Of a DNA stretch of 64,000 bases, positions 23,926 through 35,930 are shown in pieces (within the stretch, counting starts at the first letter, position 1; each line of letters starts with the position of its first letter). The position numbers and the translations under genes are program-made. The stretch covers positions 13,206,001 to 13,270,000 of the forward strand of contig NC_045701.1 of NCBI RefSeq assembly GCF_009834535.1. The letters are read 5' to 3'. This DNA is from Camelus ferus. Taxonomy: Eukaryota. The notes below the pieces were generated by a model. That model saw only the letters and a program-made list of their open reading frames with translations, did not search any database and was not told the DNA's origin.

Positions 23926-24084
23926 TCTTGGCCCCAGCATGTTTCCAAAATAAAATTATTCTAATTTCTGAAAGGTGTTCCACCTCCAGAGAAAGCATAG
24001 AGAGCCATAAGAAGTTAACTGTCAGCTGTTCTCCCTGCCTGGGAGAACACAGACCGTTTCAAGATATATCAACTGTTTACAGGA

Positions 24085-24330
24085 GAGGTTATGTGGCCTA
24101 GGAGAAGAACAAGGCTTTTGTGCACAAGCTATGAATCCAGGCTCTGCTCCTCACCACCTTTGTTAGCTTAGCAGACTCTCCAAATCTCTCCAAGCCTCAT
24201 TTCCTCACCTGTAGGCCAGGGACAATATGTAACCCCAAGTCTATTTGTGTGGATGAGAAATAATATATACAAAGAGTCTTTATGGTGCTTGGCTTATAGT
24301 AGGCTCTCAATAAATTATAACTAGTATTTT
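24085..24330 (+). mobile_element. MIR, near full length
   Basis: gaatccaggctctgctcc...ctccaagcctcatttcctcacctgtagg...gcttggcttatagtaggctctcaataaatt. Confidence 0.85.
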
Positions 24331-25647
24331 GATTCTTCTTATTCCATCTGATCAATAGCTAATCCTTATGATTCATGACATAGAAGCTCACATACATGCA
24401 CGCACACACAACTCACATATTCCCCTCTTAGGCCTAGAATGGCTTTTGAGTGTGATCACCTTTTCTTAGCAGAAATATTGATCTTAAAAGCAATGAGGGA
24501 TAGATGAAGGAACTGACATGGAAGAGTAAAACAGAAGAATAACCATAATGCCTAATGATTGCATTGTACACTACAGTTTACAAACCATAAATTTCACCAA
24601 AATTTTCTCAGGTCACATTTTAAGCAGTGACTTAAATCAACCCCTCAAGGAAAGACTATGTTCCAAACCAGCAGCCTTCACTGTAGAACATAAGCAATTT
24701 CACAAATGTTCTCTCTTTATCCCTTGGTTAATTTCTTTGTGCCCCTAGACAGTTGGGCAAAGATTATAGTTTGCACCCCTGGACCTTCATTCCAAGTATC
24801 AGCCTTGATACTTGGATAAATCTTAAACTAAACTGCGGTTTCAAAGCCTCTTAAGTAAATAGAACAGAATCTAATCATCCAACCATAATATGATGGTGTT
24901 TTACCTTACTTTTAACCTTGTTATAGAGCTGGTCTCAGATACCAAATACATGAGACATTAAAAAATAGGACAAGTAAAAATTGATTCCTAATCATTATAC
25001 TACCTCTTGGACTATTTGCCTTCCTTTTAAAGTAAATTCAGATTAAGACTAATTTACATTGATTTTTTAAATCTAAATTGCACATTTCTCTAATTACTTT
25101 CAAAACACAAGACCAAGGTTTATATGACTATTTAAGCCTTTTGGAGAGCTTAAGTGAATAGCATTTATGGGTGACCCCAGTCTGCACCAAGAAGGTCTTA
25201 TTTCTTTCAGTGCTCTATTTCACTTGATGTGGTTGGTGCCTTAAGAACTAGGGAGTCCACTTTATATATGTATTATCTGAGACCCTGTCTTCCCTCATGC
25301 CCCACACCACATCAAAACAAAAGGTCGTGGGGAATCTTACATGCTTGGGCAAGATTAAGGATGAGAAATTGTTCATAGGCAAGTTCTGATTATTATTGTG
25401 TGTCTAGAACAGAGTTCAGCATAATAAATATTGATTAGTAAAATTATTTGTATACCCTAATGGAGGGAATTGTGACACAGTTAACCAAATTTTATAAGTA
25501 TTTGACATTGCCACATTAGATGTTTCTATCCTTCTAATTCCAAGCAACCTTCCTAGCATTTGGGGAATTCTCCCAAACCACATATGTGCCTCAATGAAAG
25601 TGGTCCATCATCCTCATCTGCAGAGACAGATTCTGATTGGTCTAGAC

Positions 25648-25844
25648 TAGGAGTTGGCAAACTTATTCTTACTAGGACAGATAGTAAATATTTTAGAATT
25701 TATAGGCCAAGAGGCAAAATGAAGCTTTTATTTAAATTCCTGTATAACAATTTAAAAAGGTGAAAAATCAACCTTACCTCCTAGGCCACAATTAAAAGGT
25801 ATCTGGCTGGATTTGGCCTGTGGGCCACAGTTTGCAAGCCCTTG
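25648..25844 (+). mobile_element. MER58-type hAT-Charlie MITE
   Basis: Ends taggagttggcaaact ... ggatttggcctgtgggccacagtttgcaagcccttg form inverted termini; degenerate 8-bp TSD gtctagac/gtttaggc (6/8). Confidence 0.85.
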
Positions 25845-25869
25845 GTTTAGGCCATTGTGACAATCACAT

Positions 25870-26225
25870 ATTCTTTACCAATGATGGTCAGGAGTCTCAG
25901 CTTAAGCCCTTAGTATACAGCATTTCCTTGAGAACAGTTATTGGTCTAGGGGTGGGTACATGACTTGAGTTGACTCAGTAAGACTAAAGAGTAGAACCTG
26001 ATTCTATGGTTTGGAGAATAGTTATATATCTCATTTGCTTTCTCTCATCCTCTTTCCCTTCCTCCCTTTCCTCCCACTTCTCTATTTCTTACTGGAGATG
26101 AACAAGAAAGCATATTGCAACACTTGCTGCTGAGAGGAAAAAGCACCCCCATGGAGGTTAGAAAGCTGAGAGAAGCACAGAGAAGAGACACAGATCCCTG
26201 CTTGCACATGACCCAGAGCCTATTC
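25870..26225 (+). mobile_element. Old MLT1 (MaLR) LTR fragment
   Basis: ggtctaggggtgggtacatgacttgagttgactcag; gctgagagaagcacagagaagagacacagatccc. Confidence 0.45.
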
Positions 26226-26694
26226 CACATTAGTGCTTTCTTATATAAAATTTAAAAATGCATATATTGTTTAAGACAATCTAACTCAAGTTGACTGTTT
26301 CTTGCAGCCCAAAGCATTCTGATACAAAGTGAAAATAAGGTGTCATTAAGAAATATTAACATTGCAAATATTGTAGCTAGTAACCTTTGGCTGCTTATGT
26401 AGGAGCAAACTGTTCTCCCTGTACCCTTAATTATGCCCCATCTATTTCTGAGAGTCTCTATGAGAGTTTCACCAGTGCTAAAAGCATGTAGGCTCATATT
26501 TTCCTGTTCCAGCCTGTTTGTTGATGTCTGCTGCCAGCAGGCCCTGACGTCTGGAGATCCTTCCATGACTAGATGGCGATATCTGTCAATGACTTCTGTA
26601 CAGAAGCTACTTGCCCTTCTTGAATGCCTCCTCTAATGCTCTCCCATGTCCGATCACCATATGACAGAGCCAGGTTGTGTTTTGAGGGAAATGT

Positions 26695-27132
26695 GGGAAA
26701 TACTCTGCTCCCTGTTTAGAGTAGGCTAAGCTACTACATCAAAGAGACTCCAGCAGAGACTTAAAAGAATAAAGAAGCTTATTTCTCCCATCCACAATAA
26801 TCAAACATGAGTGTCCAATTCAAGGTGAGAGATTTGGGGATAGAGGCTCAGATCTTCACAGTCTTTCAAGGACCAAGCTGGTGGTGGCTCTGCCATCTTC
26901 AGTGAGTACCTTCTAGATGACATTTGGTCTCCCTTAAGGAGAAGAGAAGAGCATGGAGAAAGGAACGTGGGAGAGTTCATGGGACAATCCAACAGTGACA
27001 CACACCATTTCTGCTCACATTCCACTGGAGAGAATGTGCTCAGCTTACATGTCCAACATACCAAATTATAATTCAAATGCTGTGGAAAAAGGGAGGAATG
27101 GAATTGACAGGCCAAGAGCAATCTCTGCCACA
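26695..27132 (-). mobile_element. Old MLT1 (J/K/L-type) LTR
   Basis: gtaggctaagctactac...gcttatttctc; acacaccatttctgctcacattccactgg; ends gcaatctctgccaca. Confidence 0.7.
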
Positions 27133-27418
27133 TTCTTCTCTGCAATGTCACCCACGTCCCTAAGCTACACCACTTGTGCACCAAGAATCACAAAGTCTCT
27201 ACTAAACCATCCCTTCAGCTTCCTCTCTCATCTCAGAGCTTCTCTCCCTACATTGATTTTAAAGCTTGCTTTTAACAATTATTCCATTTGATTCTTCTTA
27301 AATCTTGATGATAAAGATTGGACAAATGATATCGACCCAATTTTACAAATAAAATACAAGACTTTAAAGGTCAAATGAACTGCCTAAGTTTACCCAAGTT
27401 TTTGGCAGAGCTGAGACC

Positions 27419-27860
27419 TGACAAAGACTCTTTCCTTGACTAAGCTCTAGACAGATTCCTTTGAACTTCACCAGACCTCGTTCTTGGGCACGTCCTCAAG
27501 ATCCCAGCTTTAGCAAGAACCCTGTTCAGTTAGTGTAGCCAGAGCCACCACCCTCGATATCCAAGCTAATTCCTCATCCTCCACCACCCTCCCAGGTAAT
27601 GTCTTATTGCCCTAGCCTGCCTTCAGCAAGAATCCTGTTGAATCAGTCAAACCAGAATACCCCTATACTCCTGAAGTTTCCTCTCAGTAATTGTCCATCC
27701 ATCAACCCTCTCATCCTGGTCATTGGCTATAAATGCCCATTTTTCCTTGTTGTATTCAGAGCTGATCTCTCCCTCCTCTACTGCAAAATCCTAAGCAGTA
27801 GTCCTAAATAAAGTCTGACTTAACATTTTAACAAGTGTCACGAATAATTTTTCTTCAACA
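27419..27860 (+). mobile_element. MER31-type solo LTR (ERV1), inserted in a minus-strand MIR
   Basis: Starts tgacaaagactctttccttgac; has two agcaagaa(c/t)cctgtt blocks; ends aataaagtc...gaataatttttcttcaaca; flanks gacc/gtcc; MIR sequence on both sides. Confidence 0.8.
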
Positions 27861-28049
27861 GTCCAGAATTCAGGTATCCTGGTTCAAAATGGGTACTTTT
27901 CCCTTATGACACACAGACTGGGCAAAAACAAGCCATACTTGTGCCCACTCACACATTCTTATCCACAAAACACCAACAGATCACATGTCAAGGCACTAGA
28001 AAAATATCCAGTCTGCGAGGCATCTGAGCAAAAGTTCCAGAGGAAAAGG

Positions 28050-28512
28050 GTACTTGTTCTCTGTTCTCCCTGCAACCTCTCATTCATTCTCTGCCCCATC
28101 TCTGCTCTGCCTAGTTCCATGGAGGCATTTCCTGGGATCCCCTGCTGGCTGATTTCCAACAGGATTCAGCCAATGGGAGGCACCGCAAGCAATTAGAGAG
28201 CAGGAGGATCAGGAGATAGGGTGTCTCTTCCATGCTTCTCTGGAAGTAGCTGCATCCCTCCATAACTGCCCTTTGCCAGACAGCCCTTCTCCTTGGTCCC
28301 TGCTCTCTCTGGGCTCCAGTCCACTATTTTGTCTCCTTGACCCTTTAGTCTTCATGGTGATAACAGTTTCCACCATTCCAGTGTCTGGTTGCCTCAACAC
28401 CCCTCAATGATTCTTTTAATCTTGCCTTAACTTTGCCTCCTCTATATATTAATGTTTCTTCACTTGAACTATTCAGGGTAAATTATTTCATTTTAGGACC
28501 ATGAATGATACA
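28050..28512 (+). mobile_element. ERVL LTR (LTR33/LTR16 class)
   Basis: ggattcagccaatgggaggcacc; gggctccagt...ggtgataacagtttcc; ends ggaccatgaatgataca. Confidence 0.65.
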
Positions 28513-28949
28513 GAATATATGTGGGTCATCAGATTTCTAGCTAGAGCAAATGTGGCTAAGAGTAATCATCATCATCTCTGTATTTCCTAACATACTCATC
28601 ACAATAACCTTTACCTTCCACCAGTTCAGACTGTAGACATCACCAGGGAAACCTAGCCCAGCCTGTGGTTGCAAAGTTGACAGTTTTTTTAAAATTCCTT
28701 CTCCTTTTTTTCTACAGATGCAGATTTCACTCAGTGCTTTGTGGTTTGTGGTTCACCTGTTGGTGATGCAGTCGGCAGGAGTGGGGAGGTTAATCAATCC
28801 CTCTGAAAGCACAGAGAACATTGGGATACCGTTTTTGCTGATTAGAATTTCTTTCCAGGGCTACTGATGCCCAAAAATTTCTCATAAGGAAACATGAGGA
28901 ACTACTATCCATACTAAAGAATTAATTATTTTGGGCTTTTACCCTAAGA

Positions 28950-29270
28950 GGCTTTTGGTAATATTAGTGGCAACAATATAATAACTAACAATCATTGAGG
29001 ATGTATTTTGTGCCAGGCCTTGTTCTCAGGACTTTACGTGTATTTACCAATCTAATGTTCATAAAGGAGGAAGGGGCTATACTTTGAAAAAAAGAGATAA
29101 AACTCTTTATTCTTACTTTAGAATCAGAGAATGCTGGAATAGAAGGATGCTTACAGGGCACTGAATGTACCTCTCTTTCTATAGATAAGGACAGTGAGAC
29201 TCAGAGATATGATGTGGCTTTTCCACATCCATTTGGCTAAATGGCAGCAGAGCCATGATGCCACCCCAGA
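28950..29270 (-). mobile_element. Two MIR/MIR3 fragments
   Basis: cattgaggatgtattttgtgccaggccttg; tagataaggacagtgagactcagag. Confidence 0.65.
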
Positions 29271-29799
29271 TTCCTCTTTCTTTTCCTTCAAACATATTAA
29301 ATCTGTAAGTCAACATGAGGTCCTAAGTTATCACCTTAGCAATTCATGAGTCAGGTTGACACACAGAAAGGGGGAGGAGTTTCAGTAAAAGATATTCCAC
29401 ACACTGGCTCTTTGTACGTGTGTCGGAGATTGCGGAGACAACAGACATGGTAGGTGAGCCCTGGGGTTCATGAAGTTCAGAGGTACCTCTGAGGCCAGGT
29501 GGTTCTCTATCACCAAGATCAATGACACCCTCCCCAGGAAAACTGAGACCTCTGAGAATGAACTTATCACCAGGCCTATTGTGGCCTCGTGGAGGGGTCA
29601 AAATAAACTCTCTAGACAAGGCAAACTCTTTCCATAACAGTCCAGATAGTAAAGAATTTAGACTCTCCAGGCTATATGGTTGCTGTTACTACTCAATATT
29701 AATACCCCTCCAGGCTCCAGTCTGCTCTGTTTTTATTTAATTTAACATTAATTAGTCACAGTTTAGATATCATTGTTTTAGGTGCCAAAAAGTGGGATT

Positions 29800-31130
29800 A
29801 AACTGTACTATCTTTCAATACCTGACTCCTATTTCTGGCAATATTGCAACCTGCATTAAGAGAATCCCCTGCTAATACATCAAACTTAAAAATAATGAAT
29901 AAAATATTTTTAAAGTAAAATATGGCTGTGCTGATGGAAAGGTAAGAGAATTTCTTGGAGATCAGAAAGGAAAACACAGGAAGTGCTAATCCACAGAGGT
30001 GAGTGTTGGAACCAGCACTTGCCCTGGAGAAGAAATATGTCCATTCTAGCAGTCTATAATCTGAGTTTAAATAGATTGCTACAGGAAACAAGAGACAAGA
30101 TCTAGGGCCTGAGTAAAATAAGAAGTTGCATTGAAGCCACACCTGAAGCCAGAATTTTTAAGAGATAATATCCTCAGTGAGGAAAATAGAAAGAAAAAAA
30201 AAATCACACCACAAAGCAAGATGACTGGGATATATGATTGTCTCAGTCTTGGCTCTGGATGACTGGGAAAAAGAGGAAGTTTCCTCTGTAAGCTGCATCT
30301 ATGCAGATAGACTAAGACTTTCAAATTAATAGAGAAAAATGTAGTGGGGGGGGAATATCTCAATTTAAAAAACTTTAAAAAAAGAAGAGGAAAAAAGTCC
30401 AGAAAAGGCAGGGCAAAGATAAAATATAATGATGTTAGAAATGAATAAAAATACATCAGTAGTCACAAACATCATAAAATGATGAAACTCTCCAGGTAAA
30501 AGACAAGGATTCACAGAATGAATTCCTTAAAATATACAAAATCTTGCATTATGTTATTTTCAAAAGACACAGTTAAAGCAATGTGGCACAGTAAAGTTGA
30601 AAGTAAAGGAATAGAAAAGGATAGCAGTAAAAGTCTAACACAACACACAGCTGGGTTATATCAGTATCAGAGAAAATTTATTATAATGCCCAAAAAGCAT
30701 TACTAGAGATAAAACCATTGCATATTGATTAGAGGTCCAGTTCATCAGGAAGATATAACAGTTCTAAACTTTATGTACTTAATATTGATTCAAAATATAT
30801 AAAGTTAAATGATAGAACTGTTAAAATAAGAAATTAACATCTCAACCGTCATAGCAGGAGACTTTAACACACCTCTGTAAATAATTGATAAATCAAGCAG
30901 GGAAAAAAGAAGCAGTAGGGAAATAGATCTGTATAACACAATTAACAAACCTGCACCAAACTGCTTCAGATCACACCACATTTCCAAGCATAAATGGAAC
31001 ATTTACAAAAAGTGGTCATGTACCAAGCCGTAAAGCAAGTCTCAGTAAAGTCTAAAGTATATACAGACCACATTCTCTAACCACAATGAGATTAAGTTAA
31101 ATTCAACTATGAAATAGTAACTAAATAAGG
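29800..31130 (+). mobile_element. Ancient L1M fragment including the ORF2 endonuclease-coding region (decayed)
   Basis: atcaggaagatataacagttctaaactttatg; gcaggagactttaacacacctct; cagaccacattctctaaccacaatgagattaagtt. Many stops and frameshifts; the 29800-30420 part is less certain. Confidence 0.8.
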
Positions 31131-31420
31131 CAATATTCCTGCCCCCAAGAAGTTTATACTCTAAAAGCAGAGGCAACTAATTCCAATAAAAGGAAGGATA
31201 AGTTCTAATCAAAATGCAGAAATCAATTTTGAGGGAATATAAAAGAAAATCAATCAGTTTTGACTAGTAGCATCAGGAGCAGTCGAATGGATGTGGTAAC
31301 ATCTCCGCTGTACCTTGAAGGCTAGGAATAGAGCATAGGTGTAACAGCCTTCCAGGCAAAGGCACAGGATTAAAATCTGATGTCCAGCAGTTTGGGGATG
31401 ATCATTAAGGTCAGTTTCTC

Positions 31421-31830
31421 TAAAGCTTGTTAACCTTTCTTCTGCTAAAGACCTCTTTGGCAGTCTGGTGATGCCAGTGGACAAATTCTCCAAATTTGTT
31501 TATAATGTATAAAATAAAATTAGAATTACAAAGGAAATCAAGTATAGTGAAATATAGTTATAAAAATACTCAGAAATATAATTTGTGTTGTGTTGTAAAA
31601 ATAGATGCGTGGCTCTAGTAATCATATTTTTAAAATCACCATGACATGTAAACAATACATTTCAAGAGACTGCAACAACAATAATGTGATATGAAAATGT
31701 CTATAATTTCTATTAGTGACAACGTCACAGTACTACTAATGACACTGTGATTGGTTTCCTGCATTCATTATCAAAGGAAATGCTGTATTGCACTTAAAGA
31801 TTAGTGAAAATAAAGATGCAATTTTCTCAC
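31421..31830 (+). mobile_element. hAT-Charlie element (Charlie4-like)
   Basis: gacctctttggcagtctggtga; gaattacaaaggaaatcaag; ctgcaacaac...aatgtgatatgaaaatg; ttagtgaaaataaagatgc. Confidence 0.75.
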
Positions 31831-33512
31831 AGAATTTCGTCTATAAAAGATGTTATAAGAAATATAATGTAAGCCTGATCATGAAGTACTTTCGGTGTTA
31901 GACTATGAAAGAAATTGAACTTTTTGTGTGGGCAATGGGTAACACGCAGGTTTTGACTCAATATTTAAAGTTTGTGTTATTTTGTCGTATTTTTTTTCCT
32001 GCATTAATAAAGGGTTAAGTGAGACTGGTACTTTCCCCCCTACCCTAAATATTTTGGCAAATGCCATTTAAAAAGACATACTCTTAGAATGCATACTTGT
32101 CAAAAAATACATACACTTTGAATAAAAATGACAAAGATGGTTTTTAACTATGAGTTGCAAATACAGAAATATCTAAATTTCAAAGTGTTGAAAAATCCTA
32201 AAATTCAAGGTGCTCCTGTCATTCCCTACTGTTTATTTATCGAGGCTGAACTGTTACCACTTTCAGAATATCACATTCAAGTCTTCATCTCCCACCCCCG
32301 TCCCCATGTTTGCATAGCAAGTCTGTTTTAGTTGCCTGAAGTGCACATGCCTCATTTTGGTAATCTACTTTAGTCTATTTCTGTGCACTGAAGACAGTCC
32401 AATTCAGTATTCCACACTTCAATATTAATTTGTCTTTTCAGCTATTTCAACAGAGGATGTGTGTCCTCTGCTACAACTCGGCTCAAATCCATCCGTCATT
32501 TTATTGACCTACTGGAAACACTGTCCAATGCATTCCAGCTTGCAGATTGAGTTTACTTTAGCCACACATGAAACCAGGACACAGTTAAGTGTCTGTTTTT
32601 AAAAAGAACATTCACAATGACAGAGACTTTCTACATGAGAATGAATATACATCATAAAAACTAGCATATGGAACAAAGAATAGGAGCTTTCAAAATTTCA
32701 AAGGTTAGGCAGGTCACTCAAAATTACAATCATAAGTGAATAATGTATGCATTTACTGTTGACACAGAAACATTCTCATGCATTTCCCTTAAATACTGAT
32801 TTTTAAAGGACATTTCCCCAGTAGTTTTAGGAGAAGCACTGAGTAATTAATACATGTAGATCATTTTGAAATAGAATATTTGTCTGCTACAAAGAAAAAA
32901 GGAGGCTATTTTGGGAAGAGAGGAACAAATTATTTCCCAATATAAAAATTTTCTTTAGTAAACATATTTATGAGACCAAGAAAGGAGGATGAAAGATTTT
33001 TTTTAAATTTCCTTAAGGGCATGTGATCCTTAATAAAATTGTACATAGAAAATGTCTAAGTATAATTTTAATCCCCCTTATTTGTGGTGCAGTTCATTGC
33101 ATTTATAAGAGAGGGTTGCTGTTATTTATTTTGTGATTTACATGGCCCCAAACAAATAGAAAACTGGCAAACAGTCATTCCATAAATGTGAAGTGAGCAG
33201 GACTAATGGGATTTTCCTTAAATCCCTAACCAGGAAGAATGCAGTACTTTATTTATCAAGTGAAGGGAGACTCCACTGACTGGACAAACAGAAAAGCCCC
33301 ATAGGAATTAGGCTCTGCTCTTCTTATACTCTGCTTATAAATGCCTCTATCTCTAGGCACGAAGCAAATTGTTCAATATGATTCCCAGGATTGGTCTGTC
33401 TACAAAAGTGACATACCACCTTCTCTGTTACCTTGAGTTGTTATTTTTTTTAAATGACATTATTTTCTAAATTTAAAAAAAGGAGGTAATTCTCAAAGTG
33501 GATCTCTTCCTA

Positions 33513-33575
33513 AGAATTCTAAGAATAAAAGATTCCCTACCTCTTCCCTCAAATATTAATATGCATTTTGGAAAA
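33513..33575 (+). repeat. 63-bp direct repeat, copy 1
   Basis: 62/63 identical to 35411-35473 by direct comparison. Confidence 0.95.
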
Positions 33576-33959
33576 TTGTCTTTTCTAAAATCCATACTTC
33601 ACAGACTGCTACATAGATTTTCAATTGCATTTCAATTTCAAATCAATTCTTACATTTGCCAGGAACATTGGTCCTAAAATTAATTTTTTTTCTGTTAATT
33701 CAAAGGTGTTTGTATATATATAGGAAACTTTACAACCACAGAACATTTAAAACAGTAATTTTAAAAACTGAACAAATTTGGAGAATGGTAAAGAATATGA
33801 GTATAATTTAAGAGAAATACAAAGTAACCTTTTGACAACAATTATCTTTAGAAATGACTAGACTTCCCAACTTTAATTATTGACCATATTCATTTCTACA
33901 AAATTAAGATTGCTTTTCATGTACAAATTAACTGGCATATTTTTCCTGTCATATAGATT

Positions 33960-34145
33960 GCTAAACCAGGTTCAAGTTTTAGCTCTTCCACTTTCTAGCT
34001 GCCTGACCTTGTAAATCATAGTCACTCAGAAACAGTAAAATGAGGATAAAATTATCTCCATCTTAGGTTTTGAGGATTAAATCAAATAATGAATGAGAAC
34101 ATGCTTTGTAAGCTATAAAGTGTTATTGAAGGATTAAGTATCACC
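33960..34145 (+). mobile_element. MIR
   Basis: ccaggttcaagttttagctcttccactttctagctgcctgaccttg...ggttttgaggattaaatc. Confidence 0.8.
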
Positions 34146-34779
34146 AGTGCTTTTTAAAGTACAAACTGAGATATCATTACTCATATTTGATATATTGTAA
34201 AATGTCTCTCTCAATCCTTTTGTCTTACTGAATCCCTCTTCCCTCTCTGAACTGGCATGAAAACTTATTGTTTCTGCCAAATGAGTCTGGATGTGAAAAG
34301 CCATTTATTTGAAGACCTGTGTCAACTTTACTTGCAAAAAAAAGAAAAGTGCCAGGATATTTCATTACAAAAATCACTAGGCATTGTTATTAACACAATA
34401 TTTGATACAGAAAATCAGTCAAATGATCAGAAAAGCCAAAATACTGGCAATTTCATACATTCAACCTATTATCTATCAAAATAAGAACAAAAGAGACTTC
34501 AACTCTATAGGTCATATTTAAGGAAATAAAGGATTACTAATTGCCTTGAACACATGCATGCACAACAAAAAAACAAAAAAGAATGATCTTTCATAGACTG
34601 AGACATCAACCATGAGTATTATTTTGTTATTTCCCCTCATTCAGTTGCTATGTCTTATCATCTGAGCTAGAATTTAGATCTTTTTGACAATGAAATTACC
34701 TAGTAAGTCACACTATTACTGAAGGAATCCTGCTAAATAGTCTTGCACTGATCTTTTTATCAGCCTTTTAAATTTTATA

Positions 34780-35345
34780 AAGTTTACTTTTCTGCATATA
34801 AAAATAATAAATGCTCATTGTAAGAAATTCAAAAACTACATAAAAGTATAAAGAAGGAAAAAGAACTTCTTTCACCAACTAGTGATAGCTAATGCAAACT
34901 TTCTGGTATATTTCAGTTCAAATTTTTTCTCTACACTTATTTTTGGGTATAGTTGAAATGAAACTGCACATACAATTTTGTACTCTGCCTTTTCACACTT
35001 GAAAATTGTATCATAAGTAGCATAAGATGTTAATTTATTCTTGGTAAACATGAATTTATAGAGAAAGTAATTTCTCATTACATAGGTGTGTCATATCCTT
35101 ATGGAATCATTCCACAGTAGTTAGACATACAAAGCTGTGTAGCCAATATTTCAATGAACATCATTATACATGCTATTTTTCTCCATTTCATATTTTTCCT
35201 TATGATGAAGTCTCAGAAATAGAATTATTGAGTATAAAAAGGGATTCTTCTTAATGTTCTTGATACATATTAGTAAAGTGCTTTCCCAAATTTATACTGT
35301 CACCAATAGTGTCTGAGAATACCTACTCAACATGAAATATTATCT
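34780..35345 (-). mobile_element. L1ME-type 3' region
   Basis: ataaatgctcattgtaagaaattcaaaaactac; atgaacatcattatacatgc; tgctttcccaaatttatactgtcaccaatagtgtctgagaatacc. Confidence 0.75.
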
Positions 35346-35410
35346 CAAAGTGCTATTAAATGTTTCAGTTCTCACAGTGAGTGTTGCCCTGCAACTCTAC
35401 CCTGTACTGT

Positions 35411-35473
35411 AGAATTCTAAGAATAAAAGATTCCCTACCTCTTCCCTCAAATACTAATATGCATTTTGGAAAA
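35411..35473 (+). repeat. 63-bp direct repeat, copy 2
   Basis: 62/63 identical to 33513-33575. Confidence 0.95.
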
Positions 35474-35624
35474 CTGGATTATTTTAGTTCCTCAATTGAA
35501 AGTTTTTCACCCCCGAAATAACTGGTTTTACTTTAATACTGTTTGTGTTATTTCAACAAATAAAAAACACTTTGACTTTGTCACCATAGTACCAATTAAT
35601 TAATGGCAAATATGTTTTCAGTTA

Positions 35625-35930
35625 TCTATGTAGTTATTTACTTTATTCAGCAAATAGTTACTAAGCACCTACCTGATATTTAGTACCAGGTACTAGAACC
35701 TGGACACACAACAGTGGAAATTAGAGATAATAAACAAGTAAACAAATGCAAAAATTAATTTTAGATAGAGATTGCTAAGAAGGAAATAAGTTTACTATAC
35801 AGAAGACTGGTAGAGATGCAACATCAGATGGGATGGTCAGGTAAGGCTTCTCTGATGAGCTGGTATTTGAGCAAGGATATACATAAAAAGAAGTCTCTAG
35901 TCTTATGAAGTTCAGTAAGTCCCTGAGGTT
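35625..35930 (-). mobile_element. L2 3' end
   Basis: tttattcagcaaatagttactaagcacctac...cagatgggatggtcaggtaaggcttctctgatgagctgg. Confidence 0.75.

Noticed and set aside
29477-29492. Perfect 16-bp palindrome tcagaggtacctctga
   Set aside because: About one is expected by chance in 64 kb (64000/4^8).
30420-31130. L1 endonuclease as an active or domesticated gene
   Set aside because: Multiple stops and frameshifts; no intact frame.
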